Assembly: GCA_037189525.1 (NCBI GenBank)
Contig: JBBCJC010000001.1
Span: forward strand, 576,001 to 640,000
Direction of reading: 5' to 3'
Length of the DNA stretch: 64,000 bases
From: Gemmatimonadales bacterium
GTDB taxonomy: Bacteria; Gemmatimonadota; Gemmatimonadetes; Gemmatimonadales; GWC2-71-9
Each line of letters begins with the position of its first letter. The stretch's first letter is position 1. The notes beneath the pieces were generated by a model. The model saw only the letters and a list, made by a program, of their open reading frames with translations, was not told where the DNA came from and made no database searches. This document shows, piece after piece, positions 19,104 through 28,517 of this stretch. A program made the translations under genes and the position numbers.

Positions 19104-20028
19104 GTTCGGCCCCGACGTAGGTCGCCTTTTCCTTCTTGCCCACGATCATCGTGCCCGCGCCGGACCCGGTGAAGACTTCCTGCAGCAGGGAATCGGTCGC
19201 GCGCCCGTCGATGATGTGGGTCCGCTCGACTCCGCTGGTGGCCGCACGGATGCAAGCCTCGACCTTGGGACGCATCCCGCCCGCGAGCGCGCCCGACTCC
19301 ATCAGCTGGGTCAGGTCGTCCGGGTCCGCAAAGGTCACCAGCGACGCCGGATCGTTCCGATCACGGAGCACGCCGGGCACCCCGGTCAGGAAGATCAGCT
19401 TCTGCGCCTTGAGCGCGATCGCGATCCGCTCCGCCACCGTGTCGGCGTTGACGTTGAAGACGTGGCCGTCTTTGTCGCCGGCCAGCGAGCAGATCACCGG
19501 CACGAAGCGCCCGTCGAGCAGGCTGGTGAGCACTCGGCCGTCGACGGCCTCGATGTCGCCGACGTGGCCGTAGTCGACGGTCCGCACGCTCCCGCTATCG
19601 TCCTTGACCGATACCGGCGGACGGCGAACAGCGCTCAGCAGATCGGCATCGACCCCGCTCAGACCGACACCCTGCACACCATGCCGCCGCAACGCACAGA
19701 GCAGGTCGAGATTGACTGTGCCCGAGAAGACCATCTTGGCCACTTCGAGGGCGGAGTCGTCGGTGACGCGTCGTCCGGCCACGATTTCCGGCTCCTGTCC
19801 GAGCCGGCGGCTCAGCGCCGTGGCCTGAGGACCGCCACCATGTACGATGACGATCCGAATCCCGAGGCTCGACAGCAGGCCAAGCTGCGCAGCAACCTGA
19901 TCCAGACTGTGGGAATCCTCGACCACCTCGCCGCCGACTTTGACGACAAAGACATGATCCCGATAGGCGCGGACGTACCGAAGCGTCCCCTTGAGCCCGG
20001 CCAGCGGCCGAGTAGCGTCGTGCGGCAT
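19093..20028 (-). CDS. argB: N-acylglutamate kinase
   Basis: VVKVGG, HGGGPQ, GRRVTD, NVNADTVA, GGMRPKV, EVFTGSGAGT; no GNAT domain. Confidence 0.92.
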   Translation of the reverse strand: MPHDATRPLAGLKGTLRYVRAYRDHVFVVKVGGEVVEDSHSLDQVAAQLGLLSSLGIRIVIVHGGGPQATALSRRLGQEPEIVAGRRVTDDSALEVAKMVFSGTVNLDLLCALRRHGVQGVGLSGVDADLLSAVRRPPVSVKDDSGSVRTVDYGHVGDIEAVDGRVLTSLLDGRFVPVICSLAGDKDGHVFNVNADTVAERIAIALKAQKLIFLTGVPGVLRDRNDPASLVTFADPDDLTQLMESGALAGGMRPKVEACIRAATSGVERTHIIDGRATDSLLQEVFTGSGAGTMIVGKKEKATYVGAELAE

Positions 20029-21041
20029 TACTTTCTCCCGATCAAGTCCAGCAGCAGCGCGCGCTGGACGTGCAAGCGATTCTCGGCCTCGTCGATCACG
20101 ACCGAGTTGGGGCCGTCGAGGACGGCGTCGTCGATTTCCACGTTACGGCGCACCGGCAGACAGTGCATCACGATGCCCTTGCCGCCGGCGGTGGCCTTGG
20201 TCGCCGCCGTGGTCATACGCCAGTCACGCAGGCCGGCGCGGAACTCGCGCTCCGCCTCAGGATTGCCGTAGTGCTGCAGCGAACCCCATGACTTGACGTA
20301 GACCGCATCCGCACCGACCAGCGCATCCGACATCGAGTGCGACAGGGTCACCCGACCGCCGTTGGCCGCCGCCTGCTGATAAATCACGGCCATATCGTCG
20401 GCGTCCAGATCGAAGCCCTGCGGCCGCGCAATCGTGATATCCATACCGCACTGCGCCGCGGCGATTGCCGCGCTGGCCGGCACGGCGGTCGGCAGCGCTT
20501 TCGGGTGCCAGGCCCAGCTCAGCACGAACTTCTTGTTCTGCGTGTTGCCGAGCTTTTCACGCAAGGTCAGCGCATCCGCCAGCCCCTGACAGGGATGCCG
20601 CCGCGCCGATTCCAGGTTGATGACCGGCTTCTCGCTGTACGCAGCAAAGTCTTTGATGACCCGATCCTGCCGCTCCTTGACCCATTCGGTGCCCTTGGGG
20701 AACACCCGGACACCGATGGCGTCAGCGTAGCGACCGAGCACGCGCGAGGCCTCGATCAGATGCTCGACCGTGTTGCCCTCCATCACCGCGCCGCGCTCGG
20801 TTTCCCAGGCCCAGCTGCTCCGGCCCGGTTCGAGCACGATCATGTGGCCGCCGTGCTTGAACATGGCCGATTCGAAGCTGGCGCGGGTGCGCAGGCTCGG
20901 GTCCATGAAGGCGGCCGCGAGGATCTTCCCCTCGAGCCCGCCCGTGACCTCGCCGCGCTTGACCTTGGCGGCCAGATCGAGAATGGCCTCGAACTGCTCT
21001 TTGCTGAGATCCTCGGTGGCGAGGAAGTCACGCTTTCTCAT
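20028..21041 (-). CDS. argF': N-acyl(acetyl/succinyl)ornithine carbamoyltransferase (ArgF' type)
   Basis: PSLRT, HPCQ, WAWHPKALPTAV, KSW, HCLPVRRNV; lacks the DxxxSMG motif of classical OTCase. Confidence 0.9.
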   Translation of the reverse strand: MRKRDFLATEDLSKEQFEAILDLAAKVKRGEVTGGLEGKILAAAFMDPSLRTRASFESAMFKHGGHMIVLEPGRSSWAWETERGAVMEGNTVEHLIEASRVLGRYADAIGVRVFPKGTEWVKERQDRVIKDFAAYSEKPVINLESARRHPCQGLADALTLREKLGNTQNKKFVLSWAWHPKALPTAVPASAAIAAAQCGMDITIARPQGFDLDADDMAVIYQQAAANGGRVTLSHSMSDALVGADAVYVKSWGSLQHYGNPEAEREFRAGLRDWRMTTAATKATAGGKGIVMHCLPVRRNVEIDDAVLDGPNSVVIDEAENRLHVQRALLLDLIGRK

Positions 21042-22189
21042 GTCAGAACCCGACGCAACGCGTCAATCAACAGGTTGGCTTCCGCTCGCGAGAACGAAAG
21101 CGGCGGCATCAGCCGCAGAATCGAAGGATCACCCGAGGTGCCGGTCAGCACCTTGAGATCGAACAGTGCTTTCTGCACGGCGGACGCCGGTCGATCGAGC
21201 ACGATCCCGATCAGGAGTCCGCGACCGATCACGTCGGTCACGCCCGGCAGCTTGCTGACGCCCCGCCGGATATGATCACCGACCATCACGGCATTCTCGA
21301 CCAGCCGGTCCTTGACGATCACATCGATCGTGGCCAGCGCAGCCGCCGACGCAACGGGACCGCCGCCGAAGGTGCTGCCCAGATCGCCGGTCGAGAGCCG
21401 AGAGGTCATGGCGGTCGTCGCCACCATGGCGCCGATCGGAATGCCCGACGCCAGGCCCTTGGCCAGCGTCAGCACGTCCGGCACAACCTCATAGGCTTCG
21501 GCCGCCGTAAATGCTCCGCAGCGACCGACACCGCACTGGATCTCGTCGAAGATCAGGACCGCGCCTTCGCGGTCGCAGGCAATCCGCGCCGCACGCAGGA
21601 AGTCGGGCGAACAGTCGCGGGCTCCGGCCAGACCCTGCACCGGCTCGACGATCACGGCCGCCACGGTATCGTCGACTTCAGCGCTGATGGCGGCGACGTC
21701 GTTGAACGGCACCTTGGTCGACAACGGCATCCCGGCCCGCTTGGCGCCCTCTTCGTACTTGGCGCCGTCGGTCACCGCCAGCGTCGCGACGGTCCGGCCA
21801 TGCCAGCCACCGGTAACCGAGACGATCCGCTGCCGGCCGGTGACCTTGCGCGCCAGGGTCAGAGCGTTCTCGTTGGCCTCCGCCCCGCTGTTGCAGAAAA
21901 AGACCTTGTTGAGCGGGCCCGGGCACAGTTCGGCGATCCGCTCGGCCAGCTCTTCACGGCCCGAGTGTGGAATCGCGGTCGAGTAGAAGATCAGCTTGGC
22001 CGCCTGGTCCGCAATCGCCTTGACGACGGCCGGATGGCAGTGGCCGGTCGACGCCACGGCATGACCTCCGTAGGCATCGAGCCACTTTTCACCCTTGTCG
22101 TCGATCAGCCAGGACCCCTGACCCGACTCGGCCCGGAGGGGGAACTGCGCATAGACCGGCAACCAGGCGCCGGTATTCGATGTACTCAT
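21038..22189 (-). CDS. argD: N-acylornithine aminotransferase (class III PLP)
   Basis: FCNSGAEANE, WHGRT, EPVQG, FDEIQCG.GR, LAKGLASG, GSTFGG. Confidence 0.92.
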   Translation of the reverse strand: MSTSNTGAWLPVYAQFPLRAESGQGSWLIDDKGEKWLDAYGGHAVASTGHCHPAVVKAIADQAAKLIFYSTAIPHSGREELAERIAELCPGPLNKVFFCNSGAEANENALTLARKVTGRQRIVSVTGGWHGRTVATLAVTDGAKYEEGAKRAGMPLSTKVPFNDVAAISAEVDDTVAAVIVEPVQGLAGARDCSPDFLRAARIACDREGAVLIFDEIQCGVGRCGAFTAAEAYEVVPDVLTLAKGLASGIPIGAMVATTAMTSRLSTGDLGSTFGGGPVASAAALATIDVIVKDRLVENAVMVGDHIRRGVSKLPGVTDVIGRGLLIGIVLDRPASAVQKALFDLKVLTGTSGDPSILRLMPPLSFSRAEANLLIDALRRVLT

Positions 22190-22233
22190 CGGCTCGCTTT
22201 CGTGTCCCGGGCTGCCGTCAGCAGCCCGCATCG

Positions 22234-23262
22234 TCAGATCGGATAGGCCGGCGCGATACGAAGCCCCGCCGTCTCTTCCAGACCCAGCGCCAGGTTCATC
22301 GCCTGCACGCCTTGTCCGCCAGCACCCTTCACCAGATTGTCGATCGCCACGGTCACGGCCACTTCGCGTCCGTCCGGCGAGCCGGTCACGTGGATCAGCG
22401 CGTCGTTGGTTCCCACGATATGGGTCAGCTGCGGCGGCGCCGAGGTGGCCCGCACGAACGGGCGCGCCGCAGCCAATCCGGCAGCTGCGCTCTTGACGGC
22501 ATCGGCCACCGGCTCGTTCAGACGCGCATGCACCGTGGCGTAGATGCCGCGTACGAACGGGCCCGAGTGGGTCAGCAACCGCGGCGTGACACTATCACGA
22601 CCGGTCCAGTGCCGCCACTGCTCGGTAATCTCGGCCTCGTGCCGGTGGCTGAGCACCGAATAGGCAAAGACGTTGTTGGCCCGAGCCGGGTGATGCGTGG
22701 TCGGCCGAGGATGAACCCCGGCGCCGCTCGACCCGGTAATGGCGTAGACGGTCGGCTCACCGGCCAGCGGAGCATCCTTGAGCAACCAGAGCGCCAGCTG
22801 CGCCGCCGTGGCAAAACATCCGGGAGCAGCGATGGCCTTGGCGCCCCGCAACTCCTCGCCGCGCACATCGGCCAGCCCGTAGGCAAAGCGGTGTACCAGG
22901 TCGGGTGACGGATGCGCACCGTAGTAGGTCTCGTAGAGCCGCCCATCCTGAATCCGGAAGTCGGCCGCGAGGTCGACTACCAGCCCGGGGCCGGCATCCA
23001 CGATCTCGCCCATCAGCTTGGACGACTCGCCATGCTCGAGGGACAGGAACACCACGTCCGCCTGCTTGGCCGCCTCGCCCGGCGTGTCGCCGGTGAAACG
23101 GACATCCGGATACGCAGCCAGCGCGGGATGCACTTCACCCACGGCCTTCCCGGCCTGGCTCCGGCTGGTCGCCTTGATTTCAGTGACCGCCGGATGCTGG
23201 AAGAGCAACCGCAGCAGCTCACCTCCTGCGTAGCCGGCGGCACCGATCACGGCGGCCCGCAT
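22234..23262 (-). CDS. argC: N-acyl-gamma-glutamyl-phosphate reductase
   Basis: GAAGYAGGEL, DLAADFR, PGCFAT, GSSGAG, HRHEAE, DNLVKGAGGQ. Confidence 0.95.
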   Translation of the reverse strand: MRAAVIGAAGYAGGELLRLLFQHPAVTEIKATSRSQAGKAVGEVHPALAAYPDVRFTGDTPGEAAKQADVVFLSLEHGESSKLMGEIVDAGPGLVVDLAADFRIQDGRLYETYYGAHPSPDLVHRFAYGLADVRGEELRGAKAIAAPGCFATAAQLALWLLKDAPLAGEPTVYAITGSSGAGVHPRPTTHHPARANNVFAYSVLSHRHEAEITEQWRHWTGRDSVTPRLLTHSGPFVRGIYATVHARLNEPVADAVKSAAAGLAAARPFVRATSAPPQLTHIVGTNDALIHVTGSPDGREVAVTVAIDNLVKGAGGQGVQAMNLALGLEETAGLRIAPAYPI

Positions 23263-24350
23263 CAGGCCGCTCCCCGCTTGGCCATCCAGGCGCGCACCGC
23301 AGGCTCGACCGCGTCCACCAGGCCGGCCGCATTGCGCAGCGCGTTGAACGACGGCAGGCCGAGCGAATTGGCGATGAAGTCGCGCCCGACCTGATTGTCG
23401 GTGGCGGGACCGGTAAAGGCAGTGATCGACAGGTTGAACCGGTGCCGATAGAGCTCGACCGCGCCCCAGCACGCCACCGGATCAGGCGCTGCCATCACGT
23501 GCGCGGCGCCGACACCCATCAGCTCCGGATCGAGCAGGATGTCCTGCACGCCATACTCGCCCAGGATCCCGTCGCCCAACTCGGCGACGATGACGTCGGG
23601 CGACCCCGAATGCCGGCTCGCCAGCCGGCCAAGCAGCCCCTTGGCCACTGCGACCGTCTCGGGCCCAGCATGGGTGCTCGCAATTCCGGCGTCGTTGAAC
23701 GCCAGCGCAGCAATCGCACCGGCATCGAGCATCGACAACGTGTCCCGCATCAGCGACACGCCGGTCAGCTTGACGGCGCCGACCTTGAGACCGCGCCGAG
23801 CCAGCCCGCGCACCAGTTCGGTGGCGGCGACGGTCTTGCCGGCGTTCATGCAGGTCCCGACCACATAGACGATCGGCGTCGACGGGTCGACGTGCGACGG
23901 CATCGAGACCGCCCCGTCCCGAATCGAGGCCGGCCGGCCGATCCGGTCGCCCAGATCAGGAAAGGTCAGCACCGACCCCAGCACTTCGGCGTCGAACGGC
24001 GGGCCGATGTCCGGATTGACCGAGGTGCAGCGACCGAGAATGCCGCCCAGATTGAGGACATTGATCGTATCGCCCACGGCCACCGTGGCAGGCACCTCGC
24101 CCGCGTAGCCGCGCAGGGCGCGTCGCGAACCAAGCGCACCGGCCAGGACATCGCCGGCCCGGAGCGACATCATCCGTCCCGTGACATCCTCGACGGTGTT
24201 GTAGCTCGACTTGTCGGACAGGATCCGTACCGCCAGGATCTGCCCCTCCTCGGCGCGGATCTCGTCGCCCAGAATCACGTCGGTGTTGAGCCGCGCGTTC
24301 TTGGTGGACGACGAAATCCGATCGAGCCGAACCCGTGTCGTGCGTACCAC
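23262..24350 (-). CDS. DUF1611/DgcN-like P-loop protein of unknown function within the arg operon
   Basis: 362 aa; VGTCMNAGKT, KLTGV..RD, DAG..ST, ELGDGI; GGAGG in the argG 3' end; stop overlaps the argC start (TGATG). Confidence 0.75.
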   Translation of the reverse strand: MVRTTRVRLDRISSSTKNARLNTDVILGDEIRAEEGQILAVRILSDKSSYNTVEDVTGRMMSLRAGDVLAGALGSRRALRGYAGEVPATVAVGDTINVLNLGGILGRCTSVNPDIGPPFDAEVLGSVLTFPDLGDRIGRPASIRDGAVSMPSHVDPSTPIVYVVGTCMNAGKTVAATELVRGLARRGLKVGAVKLTGVSLMRDTLSMLDAGAIAALAFNDAGIASTHAGPETVAVAKGLLGRLASRHSGSPDVIVAELGDGILGEYGVQDILLDPELMGVGAAHVMAAPDPVACWGAVELYRHRFNLSITAFTGPATDNQVGRDFIANSLGLPSFNALRNAAGLVDAVEPAVRAWMAKRGAA

Positions 24351-24355
24351 GTCTG

Positions 24356-25555
24356 CTACCTCCGCTCCGAATTCTTCTCGGCCACTTTGGCCGCCAGCAG
24401 CGACGGGATCGCGCCGATGCGCGCGAAGGCCCGTGCCTCATCACCGGTCCAGAGCCGGTTCTCTTCGCCGTACGTCGCGACGGACTTGTCCATCAGCGAG
24501 AAGGGGCTTCGCGTCCCGGTCACCATGAACCGGCCCGGGGCCAGGCGGACCCGCGTCTCGCCGGTGACCCGCTGCTGCGAACTGGTGATCAGCGCCTCGA
24601 TGTCCCGAAGCGCGGGGTCGAAGTAATGCCCTTCGTGGAGCCGGTCGCCGTAGAAGCGCGACAGGTGGTCCTTCCAGTAGGTCTGCCACTTGGTGAGCAC
24701 CAGTTTCTCGAGCTCCCGGTGCGCCGTGATCAGAAGCGACGCGGCGCCCGCTTCGAACCCGATCCGCCCCTTGATGCCCAGCGCAGTCTCGCCCACGTGG
24801 ATGTTGTGGCCGATCCCGTAGCGCTCAGTGTACTCGCTGAGCGCGGCAATCAGATCGGCGCCCGTATACGCCTTGCCGTCGAGCGAGACCGGCACACCTT
24901 CCTTCCAGCCGATCACGACATCGACGGGCGCTGGCGCGTCGGCGGGCGGGTCCAGCAGCTCCGCAGGCGGCGCGGCCCAGGTATCGTGGGTCCAGCCGCC
25001 ACCCCAGGTGGTACCCCAGAGACCCTTGTTGATGCTGAACGCACCGGCCTTGGGCGGCACCGGCAGCTTGCGGGCCTCGAGATAGGCGATAGCGGCATCC
25101 CTGGTGAGCGACTCGTCCCGAATCGGCGTCACGATCTCCATTTCGGGCGCCAGCACCCGGATCGCGATGTCGAACCGGATCTGGTCGTTGCCGGCGCCGG
25201 TCGAGCCGTGCGCAATGGCCCCGGCGCCGATCGACCGGGCCGTCTCGATAACCGACAGCGCCTGCTGAGTCCGCTCGGCCGACACGCTGAGGGGATAGAC
25301 CTCACCGCGGAGGACGTTGCCCTGGATCAGGTAGCGAACAAACCGATCGAACACGGGCTGGCGGGCATCGACTTCATGATGCGCAACCGCGCCGACCGCC
25401 TCGGCCTGCTTGCGAATCTGCGCCAGTTCCGCGGCCGAGGTGCCGCCGGTGTTGACGTAGACGGTATGGACGGCGTAACCCTGCTCGGCGAGCCGAGGGA
25501 CGCAATAGCTGGTATCGAGGCCGCCGGAGAAGGCGAGGGCGATGGTTTTTTGCAT
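24356..25555 (-). CDS. argG: Argininosuccinate synthase
   Basis: LAFSGGLDTS, YPLS, HGSTGAGNDQ.RF, GIKGR..FEA. Confidence 0.96.
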   Translation of the reverse strand: MQKTIALAFSGGLDTSYCVPRLAEQGYAVHTVYVNTGGTSAAELAQIRKQAEAVGAVAHHEVDARQPVFDRFVRYLIQGNVLRGEVYPLSVSAERTQQALSVIETARSIGAGAIAHGSTGAGNDQIRFDIAIRVLAPEMEIVTPIRDESLTRDAAIAYLEARKLPVPPKAGAFSINKGLWGTTWGGGWTHDTWAAPPAELLDPPADAPAPVDVVIGWKEGVPVSLDGKAYTGADLIAALSEYTERYGIGHNIHVGETALGIKGRIGFEAGAASLLITAHRELEKLVLTKWQTYWKDHLSRFYGDRLHEGHYFDPALRDIEALITSSQQRVTGETRVRLAPGRFMVTGTRSPFSLMDKSVATYGEENRLWTGDEARAFARIGAIPSLLAAKVAEKNSERR

Positions 25556-25592
25556 AGTGCATAAACATGCAGAACAGTCGCCCACTATGCAA
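25550..25592 (-). promoter_or_regulatory. ARG box and putative arg promoter
   Basis: TGCATGTTTATGCA (25571-25558) resembles ArgR boxes; flanked by perfect inverted repeat TTGCATAGTG (25550-25559) / CACTATGCAA (25583-25592); TTGCAT-17-CATGTT. Confidence 0.7.
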
Positions 25593-25948
25593 GTCCCCGC
25601 CTGTAACAGCCATCGCCGGCGGGCTTTGCCGCAATCGGCGGCAGCATCGCTATCCTCCTCAGCGCGGGCCACGACCTGGAACCACCCTCACCGCGACCTC
25701 GGCCATCCCGAGTCCACCTGGGCGTTCGGCTTCCGCTATAATCGAGTGATCGGGCGGGGCCTGACACACAAACGCTCCATGCTCTCGCCTATCTGTGCAT
25801 GGATTTGCGGGACTCGCGCGTCTCAATCTTTACCGGGCCTGAACACCGGCACCTGCCGCGCAGCCGCTTCGACCGGTCATCGATGCGCGGATTGCGCGCC
25901 ATGCATGAAGCCCACGCCTCAGTCCTACCGCCACACCAGGAGGCCCGC

Positions 25949-26662
25949 GTGTCCGATACACCGCTCCTGACGGCCGCGTGGCTGGACCTGCTGATGGTCA
26001 ACTTCGCGGTCGAGCCTGCCCGGCTGGCTCCGCTCGTTCCTGCCGGAACGGAACTCGATACCCATCAAGGGGTTACCTACGCGAGCCTGGTGGCATTCCG
26101 GTTCGTGGACACCCGGGTCCTGGGCTGGAAGATTCCCTTTCACCACCGCTTCGAAGAGCTGAATCTCCGCTTCTACGTCCGGCGCCAGGCGGGGAGTGAA
26201 CTCCGCCGGGCGGTGGTCTTCATCCGGGAAGTGGTGCCTCGGGCCGCGATTGCCCTGGTGGCACGGGCCCTCTACAACGAGCCCTACATCGCGCGCCCGA
26301 TGCGGCATCGGGTCGGGGGCGACCCGCCGAGCGTGTCATATGGATGGCGGGTCGGCGGGAGGTGGCACACGCTCTCCGCCCGGGCTCGAGGATCGGCCAC
26401 GGTTCCTGGCGACGACAGCGTGGAGGCGTTCATCACCGAGCATTATTGGGGTTACACCAGACAACGGGATGGCGGAACGCTCGAGTATCGGGTTCAGCAC
26501 CCGCGATGGCGCGTCTGGCAGGCCGAGTTGGACCCCCTGCCAGATCTGGCACCGCTCTATGGCCCGGCGTGGGCGGAGGCTCTGAATCGACCGGTATCGG
26601 TGCTGCTCGCGGACGGATCTCCGGTCAGCGTCTATCGCGGCGTCTGCCTCCCGGACGCGTGA
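25949..26662 (+). CDS. DUF2071 (YqjF-like) protein
   Basis: AGGAGG then GTG; LTAAW..L.M.NF, FEELNLRFYVR, FITEHYWGY, EY.V.HP.W. Confidence 0.85.
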   Translation: MSDTPLLTAAWLDLLMVNFAVEPARLAPLVPAGTELDTHQGVTYASLVAFRFVDTRVLGWKIPFHHRFEELNLRFYVRRQAGSELRRAVVFIREVVPRAAIALVARALYNEPYIARPMRHRVGGDPPSVSYGWRVGGRWHTLSARARGSATVPGDDSVEAFITEHYWGYTRQRDGGTLEYRVQHPRWRVWQAELDPLPDLAPLYGPAWAEALNRPVSVLLADGSPVSVYRGVCLPDA

Positions 26663-26664
26663 TC

Positions 26665-27369
26665 ATGCGCGAACGTCAGCTCGGCCCGGAACTGATGGAC
26701 CGCTCCGATCTGGATCCTGTCCGGCATCGACAGGCGCTGGATGGGCTCGCGCGACTGAATCGCTGGAGCCGGAGCGCGGCCGCGCTGTGGGCTCCGCTGG
26801 CTCGCCTCGCGCATACCTCCGCGGTTCCGCTCCGAGTGCTCGACCTGGCATGCGGCGGGGGCGACAACATCATTCGCCTGGCCGGGTACGCAAGGCGCGC
26901 AGGAGTCTCGATCCGGTTCACCGGCTGCGACATCAGCGACCATGCCCTGCGGCACACAGCGCAGCTGGCGCTGGCTGCAGGCATTCCCGTCGATACCTTC
27001 CAGCACGACGCGCTCACCGCGCCGATTCCGCCTGGGTACGACGTAGTGATGAGTTCGCTCTTCCTGCACCATCTGGAGCGTGCCGACGCGGTCGGACTGC
27101 TGGGCCGAATGGGCAGTGCCGCCGGACGGCTCGTCGTAGTGCATGATCTGGTCAGGTCCCGAGCCGGCCTCACCCTTGCGCACCTGGCATGCAGAGCCCT
27201 GACACGCAGTGAGGTCGTGCGACACGACGGCCCGCAGTCGGTCCGATCGGCGTTTACTATCGGCGAGGTGCGCGCCATGGCCGATCAGGCGGGGCTTGCC
27301 GCGGTTCGGATCAGACGCACATGGCCTCAGCGCTTTCTCCTCACCGCAGCACCTGGGACGGCGGCATGA
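26665..27369 (+). CDS. Class I SAM-dependent methyltransferase
   Basis: ELMD, VLDLACGGGD, YDVV.SSLFLHHL, HDG..SV..AFT. Confidence 0.9.
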   Translation: MRERQLGPELMDRSDLDPVRHRQALDGLARLNRWSRSAAALWAPLARLAHTSAVPLRVLDLACGGGDNIIRLAGYARRAGVSIRFTGCDISDHALRHTAQLALAAGIPVDTFQHDALTAPIPPGYDVVMSSLFLHHLERADAVGLLGRMGSAAGRLVVVHDLVRSRAGLTLAHLACRALTRSEVVRHDGPQSVRSAFTIGEVRAMADQAGLAAVRIRRTWPQRFLLTAAPGTAA

Positions 27370-28517
27370 TGCGGCCCGACTCGGACTGGGATGCCGTGGT
27401 GATCGGCGCCGGTCCCGCAGGCTCGATTGCCGCGCTCGGCCTGGCCCGGTCGGGCCACCGCGTCCTGCTGATGGAGCGGTCTCGCTGGCCGCGCAGCAAG
27501 GTCTGCGGCTCCTGCCTCAATGGCCTGGCGCTGCATGTCCTGGCGGAAGCGGGGCTCGGGTCGCTGGTTGCGGACTGCGGTGGCCGCCCCCTCGACACCG
27601 TCGTCCTCCACGCCGGGCCGCGGCGTGCCCGGCTTCCGTTGCCCACCGGCGCGGCACTCTCGCGCGCGGTGTTCGATGCTGCCCTGGTACGCGAGGCCAC
27701 CCGAGCGGGCGCAGTCTTTCTGCCGGAAACGGTAGCGGCGGTTGGCCAGGTAGCGGGCGACCACCGCCAGGTCATCCTGCGGCAGGGAGCCGACCGCGTT
27801 GCCGTCCAGGCCCGCGTGGTCCTCGCCACGACCGGACTGGGCGCCGAGGCCGCCGATACAACCGTGTTACCGCGAGCGACCGTCAACCGCGCGTCACGCA
27901 TCGGCGCCGGCGCCACCATCGACACCGGCTCCGACGACTACCGGCCCGGCATCGTCTACATGGCGAGCGGCCGGCAGGGATACGTTGGCCTGGTGCGCAT
28001 CGAGTCCGGAGCTCTCGATGTGGCCGCGGCACTTGATCCCGCGGCGGTACGCGCTCGAGGTAACATTGGGGTTGTAATCCGCGGCGTGCTCGAGGAAGCA
28101 GGCCTTCCGGTTCCCTCCGGCGCAACCGAGGCTGACTGGCGCGGCACGCCAGCGCTGACTCGAACCCGGACTCGCTTGGGAGCGGAGCGGCTCTTCATCG
28201 CCGGCGACGCAGCCGGATATGTGGAACCGTTTACCGGCGAAGGAATCGGCTGGGCCCTGGCGTCGGGCCAAGCGCTGATTCCGCTGGCGCAGCAAGCGAT
28301 TCATGTCTGGCAAGGCGATGAAGTCCAGCGATGGGAGAGGTACCATCGCGACCTGATCGCCCGCCGGCAGTTCATCTGTCGTACCTTGCGCCCGCTGCTC
28401 CGTTCGCCCGTCGGGGTTCGTACCGGCGTAGCATTGCTCGGCAGATCACCCGCCCTTGCGCGCCCGGTGATCCGGCGGATCAACGCGGCGCTTCCTGTGG
28501 AAGGAGCTCCGGCATGA
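27366..28517 (+). CDS. FAD-dependent oxidoreductase (geranylgeranyl reductase-like)
   Basis: VIGAGPAG, KVCG, R..FD..L, GDAAG...PFTGEGI. Confidence 0.9.
   Translation: MMRPDSDWDAVVIGAGPAGSIAALGLARSGHRVLLMERSRWPRSKVCGSCLNGLALHVLAEAGLGSLVADCGGRPLDTVVLHAGPRRARLPLPTGAALSRAVFDAALVREATRAGAVFLPETVAAVGQVAGDHRQVILRQGADRVAVQARVVLATTGLGAEAADTTVLPRATVNRASRIGAGATIDTGSDDYRPGIVYMASGRQGYVGLVRIESGALDVAAALDPAAVRARGNIGVVIRGVLEEAGLPVPSGATEADWRGTPALTRTRTRLGAERLFIAGDAAGYVEPFTGEGIGWALASGQALIPLAQQAIHVWQGDEVQRWERYHRDLIARRQFICRTLRPLLRSPVGVRTGVALLGRSPALARPVIRRINAALPVEGAPA

Noticed and set aside
25600..25948. Intergenic region with an exact TATAAT (25737-25742) and a possible ORF remnant
   Set aside because: No matching -35 and no recognisable protein family; cannot be supported.
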